Source: a virus (taxonomy: Duplodnaviria; Caudoviricetes). From it: 61,175 bases of DNA. Shown here one piece after another: positions 47,176-53,964 of this stretch (the first letter of the stretch is position 1; each line of letters begins with the position of its first letter). Below the pieces are notes generated by a model. That model searched no databases. It was not told the DNA's origin and saw only the letters and a list, made by a program, of their open reading frames with translations. The stretch covers positions 1 through 61,175 of IMG/VR virus record IMGVR_UViG_3300027892_000030; one strand, written 5' to 3'. Made by a program: the position numbers and the translations under genes.

Positions 47176-47739
47176 TTAATAAAAGTTTATTAGGTAGTTG
47201 TTACCTGAACAACCACAGTTGGTTCTTAAAAAGTTATCTAACATATTATCTGCCTGTGTGTATAATGTATTTGATTCATATTCAGCACAGTTGTTAGCTG
47301 CAGCAATAGCTCCTTGAATAAAGAAGTTTATTGTGTTTAACATAACACTAGATTGTGTTTTAAGTGCTCTATCGCACTCCATCATATTTAATTGCAAAAA
47401 CGCATTGTCAAACTTCTCTTGAAGTCTATCAACACGTAATATTGTTTTCTCTACATAGTTTGCATATGCAGGAGCAACAGAATATCTTAATCTGTACACT
47501 CCATCTGGAAGTGGTTGATTACAACCAGGATCTGTAATTCCTAAATTAGAAGATGTAAATACATTTAATTGGTCAGGAACAAAAGGTAAAATCTTGGTTC
47601 CGAATCCTGGTATATCAATCTCAATAGATGGTGCTGAGACCACTGGAGGATTGGTAGGATATACAGAAGCATCTGCAACACCAAGAGTATTAACATCGTA
47701 AGTAGAGACTACTAGTATATCTAATTGTAAGTTTGCCAT
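47176..47739 (-). CDS. Conserved structural protein, probable tail hub/fibre-docking protein
   Basis: 187 aa. DASVY...LPDGVYRLRYSVAP beta domain plus helical C-terminus. Follows the auxiliary capsid gene as in crAss-like order. Confidence 0.5.
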   Translation of the reverse strand: MANLQLDILVVSTYDVNTLGVADASVYPTNPPVVSAPSIEIDIPGFGTKILPFVPDQLNVFTSSNLGITDPGCNQPLPDGVYRLRYSVAPAYANYVEKTILRVDRLQEKFDNAFLQLNMMECDRALKTQSSVMLNTINFFIQGAIAAANNCAEYESNTLYTQADNMLDNFLRTNCGCSGNNYLINFY

Positions 47740-47748
47740 GTTGTTTTT

Positions 47749-47796
47749 AAATAAATATGCCAGAGGAATATGAGTTATCCTCTTTCCCCTGGCATA
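47749..47796 (-). terminator. Hairpin/partial terminator after the auxiliary capsid gene
   Basis: TATGCCAGGGGAA...TTCCTCTGGCATA followed by TTTATTT. Confidence 0.55.
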
Positions 47797-47825
47797 GGTT
47801 ATTATTAATTTCTACTTGTTAATTC

Positions 47826-49001
47826 TTAAGGTATAAGAGCTGTAGTTGTTGTTGTTGTAGTAGGAGGTACAGCAGTTGTAGTAGATGTAGTAGTGATACA
47901 AATATTATTATCTGGAACAGTTCCTAAAGCAGCTTCTAATACAGTTTCAATTGCAGCAGCAATACCACTTGTTACAGAGTTTGGAGCAGCGATAATCACT
48001 GTAGAATCTTCCATGATGTAATCACCCCATTGGTATTCAGATTTGTTATACTCATTAAATCTAATGTAGTATGTATCGTAAATAACACCACTAGATACCC
48101 AAGATTCAAAGTTCTCGTTATATCCATTCATTCTGTATAAGTGTTTCAAGTAACCTGCTTGGTAGCTGTAGAAGTTTTTCTCTAATTGAGCAATCTCTGC
48201 AGATGTACCAGTAGGATAAGAAGCACGTTGTGTAATTGTTTCAGCAGCAACTAAGTTACAAGCATCTGCAACAATAAAGTCAGCAGTAGTAGCAGGTCCA
48301 GCATATACGAAAGTTCTGAAAGAGAATCTATCATATTCAAATGGGAACGCTGCAATATCACAAGGTTGTCCATATACGGTTAATGGTTTCCCAGTAATAC
48401 GTAAGATAGTTCCACCTATATTTTGGAATGTATAGAACGTGTTAAAGCTAATGTTATCAGGGTTGTTACCTGGAGCTTGTTGAGTTAATTTATTGATTAA
48501 TAAATCAATAATAGTGTTTGCACTTACGTCATCACATGGATTGTCATCACAGTTACAACATGGAGCTTGAATAGTTACTGAACGAGTGAAACCATTGAAA
48601 TACAAAGTGTTTACATAGCTAGAAAAACCACGTAAAGTTAACGTGATGCTTTCTCCACATTGTACAGTGAAATCAGTTACATCAGTAATTTGGTTAGCAG
48701 CTGTAGGACATCCTGTTGATTTGTACCATTCTGTTACGTTAGAGTTACAACCAGATCCAGAAGGGCATCCTTTGATCTTGTCAGATCTTTTAGAGCCTTG
48801 TAAATAAGTGTTTGTTCTACCTTGTGCTACGTAGAAATAAGGAGCAGCAGCGATATTCCCAGCAGTAGCTAAAGAATAATCGTTTCTAAAAATACCAACT
48901 TGTCCTGCAGTCAAGTTTTGTGTTGAGAAACCAGAGGCGCTAGGGAGTGCAGTCTGCCCAACTGGTACCACGAATAACGTGGTTAATGAAAAATCAGCCA
49001 T
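47826..49001 (-). CDS. Probable auxiliary capsid protein with C-terminal Thr-rich tail
   Basis: 391 aa, beta-rich, strong codon bias, three genes downstream of the MCP and followed by a hairpin. Ends CITTTSTTTAVPPTTTTTTTALIP. Confidence 0.55.
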   Translation of the reverse strand: MADFSLTTLFVVPVGQTALPSASGFSTQNLTAGQVGIFRNDYSLATAGNIAAAPYFYVAQGRTNTYLQGSKRSDKIKGCPSGSGCNSNVTEWYKSTGCPTAANQITDVTDFTVQCGESITLTLRGFSSYVNTLYFNGFTRSVTIQAPCCNCDDNPCDDVSANTIIDLLINKLTQQAPGNNPDNISFNTFYTFQNIGGTILRITGKPLTVYGQPCDIAAFPFEYDRFSFRTFVYAGPATTADFIVADACNLVAAETITQRASYPTGTSAEIAQLEKNFYSYQAGYLKHLYRMNGYNENFESWVSSGVIYDTYYIRFNEYNKSEYQWGDYIMEDSTVIIAAPNSVTSGIAAAIETVLEAALGTVPDNNICITTTSTTTAVPPTTTTTTTALIP

Positions 49002-49029
49002 TGTTTATTTATTTAAATGTTAATAAAGT

Positions 49030-49761
49030 TTATTCGTTTGTTTGTATTCTGAACTGAGCACTTTGTACTGCTGCAGCATTTTCAGTATACATTGCTAGAT
49101 TTTGTACTGTTAAGTCTAACAGCTCATCCTCTAAATATAATTCAAGTTCACAATCAGCATCATAAGATGGAGTTCCATCTAACATGATATATCCTGTTTT
49201 ATTTATATACACTGGGTATCTCATGTACATCATGTAAACTTTAGTTGGGATAAATGTACCATCTGTAAAGTAACTTATCTCATCTGATGACAAAGAGTTG
49301 AATGTTTCTTGGTATTCAAAACTTGGTCTATAATGATCGTTGTTTAATATAAACTGAAGATCACCATGTTTAGCAAGATCTCGATTAATCCAAATCTTTC
49401 TATCTTTACATCTACCTTTATCTGCTAGTATATATGAATCTATGTAGAACATATATTGTGGACTAAGTTCATGTACATATGTACACCATTGATTCAATTC
49501 AACATTCTTTAACGTAAGATCTAAAGGTTGATGATTGTAATTCATTATAAGACTTTGTAAGTCTTCATAACGTTTCTTAAATGAATCTTGTCCTAATTGA
49601 CTAGCAGTACTAATACCATCAATCTTTTGTTTTATCAACTTGATCTGAGCTTCATTAAGAGCTAAGATCTTGTCTTCTAATTGAATCTGTTGATGGGCAT
49701 TAGTTGATAGTTTATTTAGTTTCTGATCGATCTTGTATAATAAACTATCTACTGGTATCAT
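49030..49761 (-). CDS. Tail ring / head-tail connector protein
   Basis: 243 aa. LNEAQ...KRYEDLQSL...YMRYP...CEL...ELLDLTV pattern of crAss-like ring proteins, plus synteny. Confidence 0.6.
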   Translation of the reverse strand: MIPVDSLLYKIDQKLNKLSTNAHQQIQLEDKILALNEAQIKLIKQKIDGISTASQLGQDSFKKRYEDLQSLIMNYNHQPLDLTLKNVELNQWCTYVHELSPQYMFYIDSYILADKGRCKDRKIWINRDLAKHGDLQFILNNDHYRPSFEYQETFNSLSSDEISYFTDGTFIPTKVYMMYMRYPVYINKTGYIMLDGTPSYDADCELELYLEDELLDLTVQNLAMYTENAAAVQSAQFRIQTNE

Positions 49762-49788
49762 ATTCTTTTATATTTTTAAACTAACCTC

Positions 49789-50757
49789 TTAAATAGAAGC
49801 TAGTTTTTTAGTTTTCAATTTACCTTCTAATATCAACAACTCATCTTGGTTATCATCATCAGCTAGGAATTTAATTAAATCTTGTTCATCTTTAGCAATT
49901 TCAAATTCACCTTCGTAAACTTTACCATTTGGTTTAACTCTGTAAACTGAATGTGCAACTGCTTGTTTAATTAAATCTTGTATATGGAGTAAATCTTCTT
50001 TCATGTCAGCAAATCTATTGAACACTTCAACTGGATTCAATCCTGAATATTTACCATTCTTGAATTCTGTTTGTTTCAATACGTTATCTACTTGATTATA
50101 AACAACTTCTTCCATTGTATCTTCTGATACTGGAAGACCTAAAAGTCTTGCAACTTTACGTTTCTTCTCTTGAGTCATAGAATCAAACTTAACAATAGCT
50201 TTGTTAATCAATTGTTTTTTCTTGTAGATCACTGCATTTTCTATCTCATCATCAACAACATAAAATTGTGTATCTGCTGGATATTCTCCTCTTTCCCATG
50301 CTTGGTGAGAAGATGCAATAGTTGGATGTACTCTTAACCATGAAAAAGCTATCTCTTGAAAAGGAACTGCTAGGTCAAAGTAATTATCACCATCTAACAA
50401 TTTAACTGGTTGTACATGTGTTTGATCATCTGTAGAAGTTGATAACCCATAATTCCAGAATTTTGAACGAGGTCCTAAATCAATATCACCTAACTCATTC
50501 TCAAGTCTTGCTTTAAGTTTAGTTACTCTTTCTATTTCTAACTCTCTTTCAGTTGGATCTGCAATTCTTTTGATATAAGTAGAATCTGGATCTAATCCTG
50601 TTCTATACTTTCCATCTAATTCTTTATAAGGATACTTGAATACTCCTGTTCCAGGAATTCTTGTAAATCCTTTTTGCGATAGTCCACTGTCCATTGTTTG
50701 CAGTTGAGAACTGTTATACTCACGTTTTATCGTAGAGATTTTGCCTGTTTTACCCAT
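49789..50757 (-). CDS. Conserved crAss-like protein downstream of MCP (function unknown)
   Basis: 322-aa ORF in the conserved slot immediately after the MCP. Confidence 0.55.
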   Translation of the reverse strand: MGKTGKISTIKREYNSSQLQTMDSGLSQKGFTRIPGTGVFKYPYKELDGKYRTGLDPDSTYIKRIADPTERELEIERVTKLKARLENELGDIDLGPRSKFWNYGLSTSTDDQTHVQPVKLLDGDNYFDLAVPFQEIAFSWLRVHPTIASSHQAWERGEYPADTQFYVVDDEIENAVIYKKKQLINKAIVKFDSMTQEKKRKVARLLGLPVSEDTMEEVVYNQVDNVLKQTEFKNGKYSGLNPVEVFNRFADMKEDLLHIQDLIKQAVAHSVYRVKPNGKVYEGEFEIAKDEQDLIKFLADDDNQDELLILEGKLKTKKLASI

Positions 50758-50792
50758 AATGTAGTTTAATTAAATATTTGGTTTATTTTAGA

Positions 50793-50897
50793 AGAGTGTT
50801 CCCATTGAAGGGAATGCGACTGTGAAACCACAATCCATCACTCTAGGTTTGAGAATCATCCCCTCTGGGAGGGAGAGGAGGTGAGGGGACTCATCTC
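50793..50897 (-). ncRNA. Candidate structured RNA: tandem-GA hairpin plus tRNA-like three-way junction
   Basis: Stems found by eye in the GC-rich MCP 3' intergenic region; details under findings. Confidence 0.4.
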
Positions 50898-50899
50898 GG

Positions 50900-50943
50900 A
50901 AAAAAGAGATGTGTGCTGTTCTATAATGGGAAGCAACACATCT
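50900..50943 (-). terminator. Terminator-like hairpin after the MCP
   Basis: AGATGTGTTGCT...AGCACACATCT followed by CTTTTTT. Confidence 0.6.
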
Positions 50944-50955
50944 ACGTTTTCTTTA

Positions 50956-52518
50956 TTAGAATTGTGGGATTTCCTCGATCAACACAGTTCTAGATAGATC
51001 TTCAATAAATACATCACATCTGTCTTTCATCCAGATTTCGTATCCTGGGAATTTATTAGCAGAACTCATACCTTGAGACTTAGCAAAACCTAAGTGGTGA
51101 CGAGTACCATCAATATAACCCCATGTCATAGAAGGAGCACCTTTCATTCTCACTTCTCTAATGTTGTTTACCATTGATCCATCAGACATTGGAGAAACAT
51201 CAAACACCATAAATACTGGAGTGCTCTTTTTGTTTTGTCCAAATTCTAAGTTAGATTGTGGTAAATCTAATTCTTTTAAGTGAATCAATTCAACACGTCC
51301 AGTCTCACGAGTTACCATTGCATCAAATGCAAAGTTGTAAGTGATGTGTTGTCCTTCTCCTTGCATGTATCTGTTTCCAGAATCAGCCATGAAAGTAAGA
51401 CCTGAATTTAATGCATCTGTTTTTAAAGCTTGTTGGAATACATCGAATCCAGCCTCATTAGTATACATCTTAACACTTCTATCTTTCACATCCACTCTTC
51501 TGTAGAATAAATCTCCAAATACAGAACGGATTAAGTTAGCAGAGAATTCACCTCTATTGTATTGTACTAAGTTACCATTGTTTCTCATTCTGTGGTATAC
51601 ACCAGCAGATGTTCTTTTCAATTCTTGTTTAGAACCGTTAGTTTTAACTGTACCTGGTTTAGCCCAGATCATACGTTTAACTTTCAACTCTAACATAGAT
51701 TTACGCATCCAGAACTCAATGAACGGTTCCCATTTAACATCATTACGAGTTAAAGGTAATTGGTTACGTCTTTGTGGAGCATACACTAAAATGTCAAGAG
51801 GTTTTCCAGAAGAATCTCTCATCATTTTGTCATCAGCCCATTCAGTGATTTTGTGCTCATATCCATATGCAGAACCTAAAGATTCGAACATTGTGATTTG
51901 CTCACCTAATCTTGGAAGACCTAATAAGTCTTGATCAAATTCACCAATAGCAGCATCAACTAATTCTAGTTCAACACCATACTGTAAGAAGATAGGATTA
52001 ACAAAATCAACTTGTGGATTGTCACTTACTAATGTAAATGAATACAAGTAACCCATGTTCCATGGCTGAGGATCTTTGATTACATAGAATCTAGGACCGT
52101 ACTGACGAGTACCTACAGAAATGATAGCATTTTTAGAAAACTCATTAGTATCTAAAATTAAAGAAAACTCTTGACCATCGATACCTGTTTTTCCAGCTAA
52201 GATAAGATCTTGCGTAGAAGTAGGGATGTCAATGATTTTTGGGAATTTGTAAGGAACAGCGATTTGCCATTTCCAAGCATCACTATTATTATCAATGTAA
52301 TAAGGTGTGCTTTTGTTGATCATGTCAAGGAAGTCATTACTATACAATGAGCTTTGAGTATATAAAGAAATGATTTTCTTGTCATAATCAGCAGGCTCAG
52401 TAGAGTGAAAACTTTCCAAGTGATTTGAGTCAGTAAGTTTTCCTACCGCACGTTTGTCCATAGACGCTACACGAGCATAAGTAAAACCTGTTAAACCTGG
52501 GATTGTTTGAATTGCCAT
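50956..52518 (-). CDS. Major capsid protein (HK97 fold, crAss-like)
   Basis: 520 aa after portal and acidic scaffold gene. Strong high-expression codon bias (CGT, AAC, TTC, ATC). Followed by a terminator-like hairpin. Confidence 0.8.
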   Translation of the reverse strand: MAIQTIPGLTGFTYARVASMDKRAVGKLTDSNHLESFHSTEPADYDKKIISLYTQSSLYSNDFLDMINKSTPYYIDNNSDAWKWQIAVPYKFPKIIDIPTSTQDLILAGKTGIDGQEFSLILDTNEFSKNAIISVGTRQYGPRFYVIKDPQPWNMGYLYSFTLVSDNPQVDFVNPIFLQYGVELELVDAAIGEFDQDLLGLPRLGEQITMFESLGSAYGYEHKITEWADDKMMRDSSGKPLDILVYAPQRRNQLPLTRNDVKWEPFIEFWMRKSMLELKVKRMIWAKPGTVKTNGSKQELKRTSAGVYHRMRNNGNLVQYNRGEFSANLIRSVFGDLFYRRVDVKDRSVKMYTNEAGFDVFQQALKTDALNSGLTFMADSGNRYMQGEGQHITYNFAFDAMVTRETGRVELIHLKELDLPQSNLEFGQNKKSTPVFMVFDVSPMSDGSMVNNIREVRMKGAPSMTWGYIDGTRHHLGFAKSQGMSSANKFPGYEIWMKDRCDVFIEDLSRTVLIEEIPQF

Positions 52519-52554
52519 TGTTTATTCGTTTTTGTTGTTAATTATTTATTTTTG

Positions 52555-53820
52555 TTATAAGAACCATGAATTAGGTTTAGCTCCTGAACTAGTAGTTGAC
52601 TTTTGTTTAGTCACTTGTCTTGCAACTTCTCCGAACAATTGGTTAGACTGTTTAGTCACACCTGTTCTTTGTATAGTTGATAATGTAGGATCTTTCTCCA
52701 ACATTTTCATAAGTAGTCCTAATTTAACTTTTGTTGCATGGTTCTCTGGTCTTTTCATATCCAGGATAGCACGATCAAAGTCTGTTAGTGTTTCTCCTGT
52801 AGGAGTTTTCCACTTGTCAACTAATAAGAAGTCTTGTAGTTCTGTTGCTAATTTTGGATTGATAGGAATTCCATCAAACTCTTTTGCTTTAACCTTCTCT
52901 TGCAAGATGGTTTGTACATTGTCTATATATTGATTTCTGATTTGAGCTTTTTGTCTTAACTCAGCTTCAGATTTCTGTTCTAGTTGTTGTAACTTAGCTG
53001 CCTCTTTTTTAACTAACACTTTGTGGTGTTTAGTAGCTACGCTTTCAAGATCACCATAGTTTTGAAGTCTTTCGATTTCTGTTTCTACATCTTCAGCATC
53101 AAATCCTTGATCAGCTAAAGCTTGTTTCATAATTCTCATCTGATTGTTTTCATCACTAAGATCCATCTCAGCGAAATTAACTATCTGATTATATGTACCA
53201 AAATACTCCTTAGGATTAACTCCCTTTACAAATATGGCATCAAACGCTTCTTGGTAATCTTCTCCAAATTGTGCTATGAAGTTTTGTACCATTTCAGAGG
53301 CACCTTTTTTCTTCTCATTATTAAATCTTTCTAAGAACTCTTCTGCAGTGGTTACTGTTTCTGGATCTTCATCATCATCATTAGTGAATACACCTAGTTT
53401 GTAAAGATCATTTGCAAGAGCAGTGAATTGTGTACCTTCAGAAGGCTCATCCTCATCATCTGCATTATCATCAGCAGCAGCTACTGGAGCTTTTGCAGGT
53501 TTTGCTGGAGGTGGTGTATCATCTTCATCATCTTCATTATCACTTAAGAAATCAGCAATCATAGATTGTCCTTCTCCTTTTTCTTCATCTGTTTTACCAT
53601 CAACGCTTTTAGGAGGAACAATGTCCTTACCTTTTTTCACTGCTGGAGCTTCAGGAGCATCAGGAGTATTTACGTCTTTAATAATAGGTGTAACATCTTC
53701 TGGATTAGAAGTAGATGTCTCAGGGGAAAACAAGTCATTTAATAGTTCTTGGTTACCCATTCCCATTTCCATAGTATCTTGGATACTAAAGTTACCCATA
53801 GTTTCTAAATTATCAGCCAT
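52555..53820 (-). CDS. Putative capsid scaffolding protein
   Basis: 421 aa with an acidic disordered N-half and coiled-coil C-half, located between portal and MCP. Confidence 0.65.
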   Translation of the reverse strand: MADNLETMGNFSIQDTMEMGMGNQELLNDLFSPETSTSNPEDVTPIIKDVNTPDAPEAPAVKKGKDIVPPKSVDGKTDEEKGEGQSMIADFLSDNEDDEDDTPPPAKPAKAPVAAADDNADDEDEPSEGTQFTALANDLYKLGVFTNDDDEDPETVTTAEEFLERFNNEKKKGASEMVQNFIAQFGEDYQEAFDAIFVKGVNPKEYFGTYNQIVNFAEMDLSDENNQMRIMKQALADQGFDAEDVETEIERLQNYGDLESVATKHHKVLVKKEAAKLQQLEQKSEAELRQKAQIRNQYIDNVQTILQEKVKAKEFDGIPINPKLATELQDFLLVDKWKTPTGETLTDFDRAILDMKRPENHATKVKLGLLMKMLEKDPTLSTIQRTGVTKQSNQLFGEVARQVTKQKSTTSSGAKPNSWFL

Positions 53821-53853
53821 ATGTAGTTGTATTTATGTTTGGTTTTATTTATG

Positions 53854-53884
53854 TAAAAGTATAACAACACTATTTAATATCAAA
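53854..53884 (-). promoter_or_regulatory. Bacteroidota-type promoter for scaffold/MCP genes
   Basis: TTTG-N19-TACTTTTA, a one-mismatch -7 box. Confidence 0.5.
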
Positions 53885-53941
53885 GTGTTATTGGTTCATC
53901 TGATCCAATTTTCCAGATAATATAGCATTAATGTGTTTTTG

Positions 53942-53957
53942 CCCCTCCGAAGAGGGG
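53942..53957 (-). other. cUUCGg tetraloop hairpin after the portal stop
   Basis: Minus strand CCCCTC-TTCG-GAGGGG with no U-tract on this strand, so probably an mRNA stabiliser rather than a terminator. Confidence 0.55.
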
Positions 53958-53964
53958 AATTATT

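Noticed and set aside
50793-50844. Bona fide tRNA gene or hammerhead ribozyme
   Set aside because: Only 52 nt, with no D-arm, anticodon loop or CCA, and no CUGANGA/GAAA core in the right arrangement. Kept only as a tRNA-like candidate.
50851-50897. SECIS element (AUGAN/NGAU quartet)
   Set aside because: The quartet resembles the eukaryotic type, but this is a bacterial virus and no gene needs in-frame UGA read-through. Tandem GA pairs are common in structured RNA.
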